Shown: positions 50,119 to 60,548 of the stretch, piece by piece
How positions within the stretch are numbered: position 1 is the stretch's first letter
Layout of the letters: every line of letters starts with the position of its first letter
Source of the DNA: Alphaproteobacteria bacterium
Lineage (GTDB): Bacteria; Pseudomonadota; Alphaproteobacteria; SP197
Direction: 5' to 3'
Length of the DNA: 64,000 nt
NCBI GenBank assembly: GCA_964291265.2
Contig: OZ219747.1
Location: forward strand, 576,001-640,000
Made by a program: the position numbers and the translations under genes
Notes under the pieces: model-generated
Databases searched by the model: none
Seen by the model: the letters and a program-made list of their open reading frames with translations, nothing else
Told to the model about the DNA's origin: nothing

Positions 50119-51124
50119 TAAATACAAGATGGCGAAGCACTTCACGTGGTCCATCGACGACGACGGTGTCTTCACCTATGGGCGCGATGAGGCTGCCATC
50201 ACCGCCGAGGCCAGGCTCGACGGCCTCTACGTGATCCGCACCAGCCTGCCGCAGAGCGAGCTCGACGGTCCCGGCACGGTGCGCGCCTACAAGCGGTTGA
50301 GTTCGGTGGAACGGGCCTTCCGTAGCCTGAAGACCGTGGACCTGAAGGTCCGTCCCGTCTGTCACCGCACCGAACCCCGGGTCCGCGCCCATGTCTTCCT
50401 GTGCATGCTCGCCTACTACATCGAATGGCACATGCGCCAGAGACTGAAGCCCATGCTGTTCGACGACGAGGATGCCGAAGGCGCCGAGGCCCGGCGGCCG
50501 TCCGTCGTGGCGCCGGCAGAAGTCTCGGCGAGCGCCCGGGTCAAGGCGGCAACGAAGAGGACGCCCGGGGGTGATCCGGTGCACAGCTTCCGCACCCTCC
50601 TCGATGATCTCGCGACCATCACCCGCAACACCGTGGCGCCCCGCCTTGCGGGCGCCAAACCCTTCCAGGTCACCACGCGGCCCACGCCGCTCCAGAAAAA
50701 GGCCCTGGACTACCTCGGCATACGCCTGCAGCGTTCCCAGTAGCGACACACCCGATTTTTTCAAACGTCAATATATTCATAACGATACGTCTGATCGGTT
50801 CTGGAACTTCGGGTTAGTACCTGTCATGCACGCTGTATGCCGAGTATCTGCCCATGTTGTTTTGAGTGCTGCATCAAAATTCAGGAATTGGACGCATATT
50901 CGTACTTAATTTGACCCGTGCCGGCGGTTGTCATCACGGCTACGTATCATCAGCACTATTGGTTCAAAGGTGTTCCAAAGACTGTCAAAGGGCGATTTAT
51001 GAGGAACTTACATAGATGTTTCCGAGAAGGACAGCGGCATGGCCCACATGATGAAACACTCGGGAAACATTGAACAAAATTACCCAGTATGAGAATCGCT
51101 CCCCCCAACAAGGGGTGAGTGGTT

Positions 51125-51857
51125 ACTCAGAAACCCCGATCGCCAGAACACGCGCCTTCAGCACGATGTGGCCTTACAGCATGTCATGACGCCGATCATC
51201 AATGACGATATTCAGCTCTTCCGTCAATTCCAGGACAACGACGCGTTCCGTCGCTGGGTGACCGACAAGGTCTTCGATGCCACGTCAACCCGACGTTCCA
51301 TCGCCGATCAAGGGCAAGTACCTGACGTGCATGACATGCGATAGATTTCAGCGGCGTCTGACTGGATACACCTTGCGCGCCTTGCGGCGACGCGGCCCTC
51401 CGCAGGCTTCGATGTCGATCTGCTTCGTTGCCATGCACGGCTCATCGGCCATGTAGTCCCAAAGGTCCCGGCAGGCGCCCGTTGCGGTGACCACGCGGCG
51501 GCGTGTCGAGCGTCTGACACGCATCAGCGCACCAGCAGACCGGGCCTCGTGCACTGTGCTCCGGGCCAGCAGGTCCCAGATGTCGCCTTCACGGTCACAG
51601 ATCACCAACACCCTTGTCGAAGGACAGGCCCCGACCAGTTCCACGGCTTTGTCGTATCCGTCGAGCCAGCGCCGGCTCTCCTTGTCGTGTTCCTCGCCAT
51701 TCTTCTGATCCGGCTCGAGACGGAACAGTCTGAGGCATGAGCCGCCTCCGCTGAAGGCAACCCCGGCATGGGCCGCCATGCCAAGGGCGCCCGAGACACC
51801 GCCGCCGATGTCGACAAGACCCTTGGTCGCCTCCAAGCCACTGTAACCAAGGAACAC
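51125..51857 (+). repeat. Direct repeat copy 2 (orphan hsdR 3' end + IS1634-type end + more diverged IS4 fragment)
   Basis: Matches 42835-43498 with substitutions and indels; the IS4 part extends further here. Confidence 0.88.
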
Positions 51858-52136
51858 CAGACATTGCGCTCGATCAGTCCCAGTGCTACGAAGATGACCA
51901 CCCTGGCCACAACGCTGACGGGCCGCTGCGCCGTGACCTCCACACCGACATCTTGGGCTGGCTCGGGACCGTGCTGGTCACGGACCACGGGTTGCTGAAG
52001 GGGGCTCCACTGGGAAGAGAGAATGGCGCGGTCCGGTCTCTTTTTGGTTTGAGGAGCGAGCAGGAGGGTCCGTTCACTCGTCGTCTCGCGCCTCCTCGTC
52101 AGTGGAAAGTGGAATCCATGCTGGAGATGATGCGCC

Positions 52137-53294
52137 ATGGCTGCTGCCAATCCCCGGACCGAGGTCGATCGTGACATCGACTGCGAAGCCGACGACAGTG
52201 GACTTGCAACCGAGCGTGAAGATTCCAACGAGGTCAGGCAACCCTTCGATCCGGCGAAGATCAAGGTTCGTACCGTCAACGTCGTTGTCGACCAGGTCGT
52301 GTCGCGAATTGCTCATGACGAAATCGACCTGGCCCCGGACTTCCAGCGTGTGCCGGGCATCTGGGACGACAAGCGCAAGAGTCGGCTTGTCGAATCTCTC
52401 CTGCTGCACATCCCGATACCGGTGTTCTACGTAGCGGCGGACGACGAAGAGCGGTGGTCCGTGGTTGACGGTCTCCAGAGGATTTCGACTATATATGTGT
52501 TTGTGAAGGACCGATTCAGATTGAGACAACTTGAATATCTGGACAATCTTAACGGCTGTCGCTACGAAGATCTCCCGCGCCCGATGCAGCGAAGGATCAG
52601 CGAGACGCAGCTTGTCATCAATGTCATCGAACCGGGAACACCGGAAGACGTGATGTTCAACATCTTTCGGCGAATCAATACCGGCGGCATGATGCTCAAC
52701 GGACAGGAGATTCGCCACGCCCTGCATCCCGGCCCCGTACGCGGCTATCTCAAGGAGCTGACGGAAACGGAGGAATTCCGACGCGCCACGAATTGTTCGA
52801 TAAAACCGAACCGCATGGCGGATCGCGAGTGCGTACTTCGATTTCTCGCCTTCCACATCGACCCCTGGGAACGGTACACTGCGAATGATCTCGATGGTTA
52901 CCTCGGTCTTGCGATGAAGAAGATCAATGCGATGAATTCACATGGTCGTGCTCGTCTACTGGATGATTTCAGGAAATCCATGCAGGCGGCGTTCGATATT
53001 TTCGCGGATGATGCATTTCGCAAGCGTCGTGATCCGCAGGATGGACGTCGGCCTGTCAGCAAGGCGCTCTTCGAAGCGTGGGGTGTCGGCCTGGCACGGC
53101 GCTCGCATGAGGATCTCGATATTCTCAAGAAAGATCGGGAGAGAGTTATCAATGAGTTCATTGGGCTGATGAACGAGGATTCGGAGTTCGACCGCGCGAT
53201 ATCCTACACCACCGGATCACCTTCCAGGGTGAAGAAGCGTTTCCGTGCCATTGACGAGCTGATCGAGAAGTGCCTCACGGCGAGCAGAGCATGA
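52137..53294 (+). CDS. DUF262 (ParB-like) protein, Menshen NsnA-like
   Basis: PDFQR, LVESLLLHIPIP, VVDGLQR, FRRINTGG...LNGQEIR. Confidence 0.85.
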   Translation: MAAANPRTEVDRDIDCEADDSGLATEREDSNEVRQPFDPAKIKVRTVNVVVDQVVSRIAHDEIDLAPDFQRVPGIWDDKRKSRLVESLLLHIPIPVFYVAADDEERWSVVDGLQRISTIYVFVKDRFRLRQLEYLDNLNGCRYEDLPRPMQRRISETQLVINVIEPGTPEDVMFNIFRRINTGGMMLNGQEIRHALHPGPVRGYLKELTETEEFRRATNCSIKPNRMADRECVLRFLAFHIDPWERYTANDLDGYLGLAMKKINAMNSHGRARLLDDFRKSMQAAFDIFADDAFRKRRDPQDGRRPVSKALFEAWGVGLARRSHEDLDILKKDRERVINEFIGLMNEDSEFDRAISYTTGSPSRVKKRFRAIDELIEKCLTASRA

Positions 53295-54427
53295 CGGGGA
53301 GATCATGTCCGATGCTGCGTGTACTCAAGTTGACGAACTTCAAGTGCTTCGAGAGCGCGGAGTTGATGTGCGCCCCGTTGACCCTGTTGTGTGGCCTGAA
53401 TGGAATGGGAAAAAGCAGCGTCATCCAGGCCTTGCTGGTTCTGCGGCAGTCTTTCGCTACCGGCGAGCTGCGCGAAGGGAGACTGGTTCTCGGTGGGGAG
53501 CTGGCGGATCTCGGGACTGACCAGGACGTCCTTTTCGAAAGTGCCGGGACGGATACGGTGGAGTTCGAGCTCCTCCGGGACGACGCGACACCTTGCAGAT
53601 TGTCGTTCGACTACTCGAGAACCGCAGATGAATTGCGAGTCGGCAGCGCAGGGCTCTGGACGGAACCCCTGTCCGAGATCCTCTCGCGGTGGGAGACGGT
53701 TCCACCGATGGGTGGTCATCTGGTCTATGTCAGCGCGGAGCGAATCGGCCCGCGGAAGTTCTACAGTCACTCGGAGGTTCTCGCCCGCCGGGGCGATCTG
53801 GGTACACGCGGCGAATATGCTGCGAACTATCTTCACGCTCAACAGGACGATACTCTGTCGTCATCCGATCCGCGGTGCCCCGACCTGCCGAGTCGAAGTC
53901 TGCGGGGGGTGATCGACCACTGGTTGCGGGAAGTGGCGCCCGGCGCCCATCTTCACCTGGAAGCCGATGCAATGATCGCCGGATACTCGTTCGAACGACC
54001 CGGTGATGTGGAGACCCGACGATACCGCGCAACGAATGTCGGATTCGGACTTTCCTACACGCTGCCGGTGCTGACGGCCCTGCTGGCGCCTGCGGGTACG
54101 ATGTGCCTGATCGAAAATCCGGAAGCCCATCTGCATCCTCGAGGCCAGACCAGGCTGGCCGAGCTTGCCGTTCGCGCCTCGCTTGCCGGCGTGCAGGTCA
54201 TCGCGGAGACGCACAGCGACCACTTCATGGACGGCGTACGCATCGCGGTCCGAGAGGGTCTGATCGGGCCACATGAGACGGCGTTCCATTACTTCGAACG
54301 AGACGGGGGCAAGACCGTGGTGTCTTCGCCCGAAGTGAATGCCGATGGCCGTCTTTCGTCGTGGCCATCAGGATTCTTCGATCAGCATGAGGACAATCTG
54401 TCGAGGCTGATCGCACCGAAGTCCTGA
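53291..54427 (+). CDS. AAA ATPase with DUF3696 tail, Menshen NsnB-like
   Basis: NFKCF, GLNGMGKSS, GFGLSY, LIENPEAHLHP, ETHSDH, WPSGFFDQ. Confidence 0.85.
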   Translation: MTGRSCPMLRVLKLTNFKCFESAELMCAPLTLLCGLNGMGKSSVIQALLVLRQSFATGELREGRLVLGGELADLGTDQDVLFESAGTDTVEFELLRDDATPCRLSFDYSRTADELRVGSAGLWTEPLSEILSRWETVPPMGGHLVYVSAERIGPRKFYSHSEVLARRGDLGTRGEYAANYLHAQQDDTLSSSDPRCPDLPSRSLRGVIDHWLREVAPGAHLHLEADAMIAGYSFERPGDVETRRYRATNVGFGLSYTLPVLTALLAPAGTMCLIENPEAHLHPRGQTRLAELAVRASLAGVQVIAETHSDHFMDGVRIAVREGLIGPHETAFHYFERDGGKTVVSSPEVNADGRLSSWPSGFFDQHEDNLSRLIAPKS

Positions 54428-54428
54428 C

Positions 54429-55371
54429 ATGCGGGAGATGGTGCTCAATCACGCGAGCGTGTCCGCTCCCCACCTGGATCGCGGGTGCGATTGCGGAGTG
54501 GCTGAAGGACATGGCGAGCGGAATGGGTCAGATCGTTCGCCAAAGGGGCGTGCTGAGCAGTCTGCGCATGGCCCGGGAACCCCGTGAAACGCAGTGCATG
54601 CCCGGCTACTCGCTGTTCGACGCCTTCAAGACGCTGCAAAACCGGGGATATCGGGACGAGTCCATGTTTCTTCTGCGGTTGGCGGCGAAGACGCCGCTGT
54701 TGAGCGATGTTGGAGCGGAGATCGAAGATCGATTCCACGCCTGCGAGGAGCAAACCCTGCCCGCGGGTGATGGCGAGCCTCTGGTCCTCTGCGCCATCGC
54801 TGACTGGATAGCGATCGGGTTCCCGTCGGATCCGATCTGGGACCGTGACCGGATCACGATCCGTTTCAGCGAGCTGCTGCCCGACGGGATGATCGGACAA
54901 GCGTCGGAAGAGATCGATCAGCTCACCCGTTCCCTGCACGCCCAACCCACTTGCGTTCGACACCGAGATCGAATCCGCGCGGGCACTAGTCCCGCTGCTT
55001 TCTGGGAGAACCGCGAGGCCATCTTCCCGAGCCTTCTCTTCGGGCCCGATGTCGAGGACAACATCAAGGCTTCGTCGCACTTGTTCCAGACCATCATGAG
55101 GAGGCTGTCGGATCTCGACCGCTCGGCCGAAGTGTGGCAAACCAAGGAAGGGCCTGCGCCTCGCTGGAGAACGAAGGTATCGCCGGAGAGTGCCGAGAAG
55201 ATGAGGCATTCCGCTTTCCGGGCCACACGTCGATTTCGGTCTCGTTCAGGGATGATCGAGACGTTCGAGTGGCATGCCCGTTACGGGAGCCGAGGCCGTA
55301 TCCACCTGCGTTTCGACCCGGAATCCCGGGAAGTCGAAGTCGGATACATCGGACCGCATCTGCCCTCTTGA
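54429..55371 (+). CDS. Putative effector, Menshen NsnC-like; apparent +1 frameshift near 54484 (long frame 54511-55371)
   Basis: MREMVLNHAS starts 1 nt after the ATPase stop but is out of frame with the main ORF. C-terminal FEWHARYG...RIHLRF...VGYIGPHL. Confidence 0.65.
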
Positions 55372-55667
55372 TTCGGAACCGCGACGTGTGAGCGCCACTA
55401 CGCTGTCCAGGTCCGGGATCCGCGTCCATGCGCGAGGTTGCGAGTGGGATATCCTGCGCGAATTCACCGAAGCGCGAGTGTTCCAGCTCAAGAGCTTGTT
55501 CCTGAAGTCCCATGGTCTCGGCCTCGGGGTCAAGCACGGAACACACACAGAGATCATTCTCCAGGATGACGGGTGCGGTATTTGACAAGAAATCGGCTGA
55601 ACGTGGTTGTGAGCCCTTGTGGAACCCGACGATGAGGAACAGCACCTTGACTTCAGCAACAAGATTC

Positions 55668-56558
55668 TCAGTCCTTCGGGCGTCCGGTCGCTCGCGACCG
55701 CAGGGTCGCTTCGCGGTGGAAGATGTAGACGCCCGATGCGGCGATGACGGCGACGCCCACCAGGGTCCACAGGTCCGGCACCTCGCCGAAGACGACGAGT
55801 CCGGCGATCATGGCAAGGATCATGTGCGCGTAGGTGAAGGGCGCCAGGGCCGAGACCGGGGCGTGACGAAAGGCGTGGATCAGGCAGTAGTGGCCGGTCA
55901 TGGCGCAACCGCCGAGCAGAGCCAGCATCAGCCAGTCGATGGCGCCGGGCGGCGTCCACTGCCCGGGAAGCAGGAGAACCACCAGCGACATGACCGAGGC
56001 GCCGGCCACGTTGTTGTAGGCCATGCTCGTGCGAGCCTCGTCATAGCGATTGACCAGGCGGGTGAGGACATTGTAGGTGGCCATCCCGGCGGCGACCCCG
56101 AGGGGCAGGAAATAGGCCCAGTGGCGTTCCTCGAATCCGGGTCTGAGCACGATCATGACGCCTGCGAAACCCACGACAATCGCCGTCCAGCGGCGGATGC
56201 CGACCTTCTCGCCCAGCACCGGTATGGCGAGCACGGCGGTGATGAAGGGCGCGGCAAAACCGATGGCGACGGCATCGGCCAGGGGAATGTGACTGATGGC
56301 GATGAAGAACGCGCAGGTGACCGAGACCAGCAGGACCGAGCGGGCCATCTGCAGATCGAGGCGCCTGGTGCGCAGGGACGGGAACAAGAGCCGCGGGGAA
56401 ATGAGGAAGGGCAGCAGGACGACGGAAAATACGTACCGTCCCCAGGCAATCTGCAGTGACGGCAGGGTCTGCGTCATGATCTTCGCCAGCGAATCCAGGG
56501 CCACGAAAAAGACAATCGATATCAGGGTGAAGGCGATGCCGCGGGGAATGTTGTCCAA
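55668..56558 (-). CDS. DMT/EamA family transporter
   Basis: About 10 hydrophobic segments; LGEKVGIRRW, LAPFTY, FGEVP. Confidence 0.9.
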   Translation of the reverse strand: MDNIPRGIAFTLISIVFFVALDSLAKIMTQTLPSLQIAWGRYVFSVVLLPFLISPRLLFPSLRTRRLDLQMARSVLLVSVTCAFFIAISHIPLADAVAIGFAAPFITAVLAIPVLGEKVGIRRWTAIVVGFAGVMIVLRPGFEERHWAYFLPLGVAAGMATYNVLTRLVNRYDEARTSMAYNNVAGASVMSLVVLLLPGQWTPPGAIDWLMLALLGGCAMTGHYCLIHAFRHAPVSALAPFTYAHMILAMIAGLVVFGEVPDLWTLVGVAVIAASGVYIFHREATLRSRATGRPKD

Positions 56559-56737
56559 CGATCACCTCGTCAACCGTCGCAGCCACGCTGCTGTCGTCCA
56601 CGGTAGGACATGCGCATGATAGATGTTGTCGGCAATCCGTGCCATGGCTTCGTGGCACGGCCGGCGCCCGTGATGATCCCGGGAGCCACCTCATTCAGGG
56701 AGTGTGCCGACTTGATCTTCACCGGGCTGTCACGCGG

Positions 56738-57895
56738 GTGATTCGTCTGAGCGCCAAGCAGCGCAGCATCGCGGCGGTCATTGCGAGTGCCTTTGTGGCT
56801 TCTCTGACGTTTTCCATCTGCATGCCCCTGCTGTCGCTCATCCTCGAGCAGCGGGCGACGGCGAGCTGGCTCATCGGTCTCAACAACGCGGCCGGGCCGG
56901 CTGGATTGCTCGTCGCCACGATCTTCATGCCACGGATCGTTGAATGGCTGGGCACGATGCATGCGCTTTATGTCGGTTTCGTGCTCATGGCCGTGTCGAT
57001 CGCCTTCTTGCCCGTCTTCGACAACGTGTGGGCCTGGTTCCCGCTCAGATTTCTGCTCGGTGTCGGCACCGCACTTCACTGGGTCGTCAGCGAGACCTGG
57101 ATCAACACGCTTGCCGACAATCGGAACCGTGGCCGGGTCATGGCCGTCTACGTCACCGCTCTCTCGGCTGCCTATCTTGCCGGGTTGCCGGTGCTGCTTG
57201 CCGTCGGCACCCAGGGGATCCTGCCCTTTGTCATCGTCGTCACGATCATGTGCATTGCCGTCCTGCCTCTCGTTCTGGCGCGCAACCTGGCGCCCCGCAT
57301 CTCCACGCAGGCCGGTTTCGGCCTGCTCGCCGCCGCCAGGCGGGCGCCAGCCACCATGGTGGCAGCCCTCGTCGACGGCGCCGTGATGGGCGCACTCTTC
57401 GTCTTCTTCCTCATCTATGCCGGCCGCCAGTCCTATACGGAGGACCAGGCCATCGTTTTTCTCATCACGATGGCCGCGGGGAACGTGATGCTCCAGTACC
57501 CGGTCGGCATGCTCGCCGACCGGTTCGACAAGCGCATCCTGCTCATCGTCTTCGCCGTTGCCATCTCACTTTTCACCATCGCCTTCCCGTTCGTCCTCCA
57601 CCATCCATGGCTCGTGTGGCCCACGCTCTTCGTGTGGGGCGGCATCATGGGTGGAATCTACACCTGCGGGCTGGCCCAGATCGGCCAGAGATTCAGGCCC
57701 TCCGAACTGGCCCCGGCCAACGCCACGTTCATCTTCGTCTACGAGCTCGGACACCTCGTCGGACCTCCGGCGGCGGGTTACGCCATGGGACTGTGGAATC
57801 CCCACGGCCTCATCGTGTTCTGCGCCGCGGGCGGCATGCTCTTCGCCCTCTTCGCGACCGCGCGTCATCTCATTGTCCGCTCCCGGAACATATGA
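56738..57895 (+). CDS. MFS transporter (YcaD-like)
   Basis: About 12 TM segments; SETWIN...NRGRVMAVY, QYPVGMLADRFDKR. Confidence 0.88.
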   Translation: MIRLSAKQRSIAAVIASAFVASLTFSICMPLLSLILEQRATASWLIGLNNAAGPAGLLVATIFMPRIVEWLGTMHALYVGFVLMAVSIAFLPVFDNVWAWFPLRFLLGVGTALHWVVSETWINTLADNRNRGRVMAVYVTALSAAYLAGLPVLLAVGTQGILPFVIVVTIMCIAVLPLVLARNLAPRISTQAGFGLLAAARRAPATMVAALVDGAVMGALFVFFLIYAGRQSYTEDQAIVFLITMAAGNVMLQYPVGMLADRFDKRILLIVFAVAISLFTIAFPFVLHHPWLVWPTLFVWGGIMGGIYTCGLAQIGQRFRPSELAPANATFIFVYELGHLVGPPAAGYAMGLWNPHGLIVFCAAGGMLFALFATARHLIVRSRNI

Positions 57896-58982
57896 ACAGG
57901 CGAGAGGCCGCCTGCTCTCCGGAACCCGGCGTTCACCGGTCTCGCGGCGTGGCGGATGACTGCGGGCAGGTGGAGTGGCCGTTGATTCTCCTTTGTGCGG
58001 CCCCGTGAACGAACGACGGAAAGGCTTGGTGATCGTCACCGGTTGCCACGCTCCCGGCCTTTCATGGAAGCATGGTTGCAGACATCCTGACCTGGCCTCG
58101 TTCAATGTCAGGTGGAGACGATTGTGGAGTGTTGCGCGGTCGATGTCATGGACGGCGGAGGCTTGTTCCCGGATGAACGGTCCCGACTGGGTTGAGTTCC
58201 TCGATCAGCGCCAGCGGTGCTCTTGCCGTTGCGTTGCCGGTCAGGCCGAGGGTTGCTGACCCTGAGGATGCCCCTCATGCAGCCGCGCGGGTGGCCTGCA
58301 ACACCCGTCTGAGCAACACCAGCGTCGCCTCTTGATACCGGTAGGTGTTGGCGGTGTCGGAATGGGTCGATCAGCGTCAGCATGTGGCGGCCGACATTCC
58401 GCCGCCCGGTCGTCGAGAGCATGGTCTCAAGCTCAGACGAACCGCGAATCCTGTGCCGTCTGTTCCGAGTTTGGAATGGACGGCACACTTTCCCGTGTGC
58501 TGGCTCTCAGCGAGAGCTTCCCCGTGATCGGGAGCTGCTCGTGTCACACACGCAGGTGCAAACGACCATACGCCATGCTTACACCGTGAAAGTGTCGGGA
58601 TCGCGGGTCGGGGGCGGCATCGGTGACGACACCCCGGGGCGCGGCTCGCGACCCGGAGTCCGTATCAGGCGTGAAGCACGGAAGGGATTGAGACCATGAA
58701 TGCAGTCACGCACATGAATGATGGAACATGCATCGTTGTCCATCACCGGATGGACAACGAGGTCGGCGGGTGGGAACCCGGGCATTGGCCGAGCGCAGGT
58801 TCTTTGGGGATCTCCCGGTAGGGGCGCGGGCGGCTGGACCGATGCTCTCCCCGTTGGCAATGCCCATCGAGCAGCGTGGTGAAACCGTGACGCACGGAAC
58901 GGCTGCATCAGCCGGGAATGGTTCGGTGTAAGGATCCGGTATGGGGCGCGTCGTGGTGCGGATAGGCGTTCACGGGTCCCGC

Positions 58983-60548
58983 TCATGCGATCTCGGCGCG
59001 GATGTCGAGGAGGTTGCGCGCCTCGCGCCCGCAGGCCACGCCGACGAGGTGGACCGGGCCGGCGTGATCGCGGTAGGTCTCGGCATAGCCACGCTCGCGC
59101 ATCTGCGCCAGCGCCGCATCCAGCGCCGCAGCGTCGTCCCCCTCGCCCTCGGCCATCTTGAACTCCAGCACGAAGACCTGACCGCCGAGGCGCACCACCA
59201 TGTCCGCACGGCCGCGGTGCGAGGCCTCCTCCACGCTCAGATCCACCCCGACCGAACGCAGGCACATGTAGAGAAGGCTCGCATACCAGGCCTCGTAGCG
59301 CGCCAGGTCGCCCTTCGCGTGCCACTGGTAGGGAATGCCCGCAAGCCAGGCGCGGAGCTTCTCGCCGAAGCCGGCGAAGTCGTTCGCCTCCAGCAGGGCG
59401 CAGAACTCCCGGCCCCGCTCCAGCGGCTCGACCCCCTTCCTGCTCAGCCAGGCAAGCAGTTCGTCGTTGAGGCTGAGCCGGACCTCGAGGTTGGGATAGT
59501 CCAGCCGGTAGAGGGTCCTGTGGCCTTGCTTCTCCTCTCCCGCGATGGTCAGGTAGCCGGTCTGGAAGAGCAGGGCCTCGATGGCGATGTCGTCGACATC
59601 GAACTTCGAGACCAGGGACGTGCCCGCCAGCCGCCCCTCCAGTTCCATCGGGCTCACCGACTTCTCCATCAGCATGCGGAACAGGAAGTCCGGCGACCCG
59701 GTCTCGAACCAGTAGGGACGGAACTCGCGGCTGTCGAGCAACAGGAGCACGTCATAAGGGTTGTAGACCCGCTCCCCACCCCGCCAGTGGTAGCCGTTGT
59801 ACCAGGTGCGGATCTCCTCGCGGTCCAGTCCGACAAGCTCAGGGGCGAACACGCGGTCGAGATCCTCCTCGCGGTAGCCGCAGATCGTGGCGAAGCGCCG
59901 ATCGAGGCTGATGTCCTTCAGGTTGTTGAGACCCGAGAACAGGCTGACCTTGGAGAACATGCTGACGCCGGTGACGAAGACGAAGCGGACATGCCTGGCG
60001 CTGCCCTTGACGATGCCGTAGAAGCCGCGCAGGTAGTCCCGGTTGGCCGTCGCAAGACCGGGATCGTGAAGCACGTCGAGGATCGGCTTGTCGTACTCGT
60101 CCACCAGCACCACGACCTGCCGGCCGGTGGCGCCGTGCAGGCGGTCAAGAAGATTCCGCAGACGCCTCGGACCGGTATCGGAGGTCCGGGCAGGCGGAAG
60201 ATCATACCCGCGTTCCACGCTCTCCAGTTGCTCGATGATGTCCCCTTCGATCTCGCCGGGCTCGTTGTACTTCCCGTCGAAGCTCAGCCGCACCACCGGA
60301 TGGGGCGCGGACCAGTCCCAGTGGGAATGGATGGCGAGTCCCCGGAACAGGGGTTCGTCACAGGCAAACAGCGACCCCAGGGTGTCGAGCAGCAGGCTCT
60401 TGCCGAAGCGGCGCGGGCGGGACAGGAAGTAGTGCCGCCCCTCGTCCACCAGACGCCGGACGAGCGAGGTCTTGTCGACGTAGTAGAAGTCCTCGCTGCG
60501 GATCGTCGGAAAGTCCTGGATCCCGATCGGAAGACGGCGACGGCTCAT
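58983..60548 (-). CDS. AAA-ATPase-like + PD-(D/E)xK (DUF1703-type) nuclease protein
   Basis: LPIGIQDF, YVDKT, SRPRRFGKS, DEYDKP, WYNGY, YNP, GRADM...VLEFK. Confidence 0.9.
   Translation of the reverse strand: MSRRRLPIGIQDFPTIRSEDFYYVDKTSLVRRLVDEGRHYFLSRPRRFGKSLLLDTLGSLFACDEPLFRGLAIHSHWDWSAPHPVVRLSFDGKYNEPGEIEGDIIEQLESVERGYDLPPARTSDTGPRRLRNLLDRLHGATGRQVVVLVDEYDKPILDVLHDPGLATANRDYLRGFYGIVKGSARHVRFVFVTGVSMFSKVSLFSGLNNLKDISLDRRFATICGYREEDLDRVFAPELVGLDREEIRTWYNGYHWRGGERVYNPYDVLLLLDSREFRPYWFETGSPDFLFRMLMEKSVSPMELEGRLAGTSLVSKFDVDDIAIEALLFQTGYLTIAGEEKQGHRTLYRLDYPNLEVRLSLNDELLAWLSRKGVEPLERGREFCALLEANDFAGFGEKLRAWLAGIPYQWHAKGDLARYEAWYASLLYMCLRSVGVDLSVEEASHRGRADMVVRLGGQVFVLEFKMAEGEGDDAAALDAALAQMRERGYAETYRDHAGPVHLVGVACGREARNLLDIRAEIA

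Larger units (their letters stand above)
47198..50743 (+). pseudogene. IS1634 transposase split into 47198-48312 and 50125-50743
   Basis: LYDLTS, GHSRDGK, VGDRGM, DGLYVIRT, VERAFRSLK, RVRAHVFLCMLAY. Frame restored (GKYKMAKH) when the insert is removed. Confidence 0.92.
47051..50812 (+). mobile_element. IS1634-family element interrupted by an ISNCY element
   Basis: TIRs CCGAAGTTCC/GGAACTTCGG; 6-bp TSD GTTAGT (47045-47050, 50813-50818). Confidence 0.93.

Noticed and set aside
48419-50764. 781-aa minus-strand ORF
   Set aside because: Antisense shadow of the ISNCY and IS1634 transposases; it crosses an insertion junction.
27300-55600. A single integrase-defined genomic island or prophage
   Set aside because: No integrase, tRNA, att repeats or phage genes were found; accretion of IS and defence modules fits better.
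57900-58980. Short ORFs or ncRNA downstream of the MFS gene
   Set aside because: No recognisable motif or structure; probably decayed sequence.
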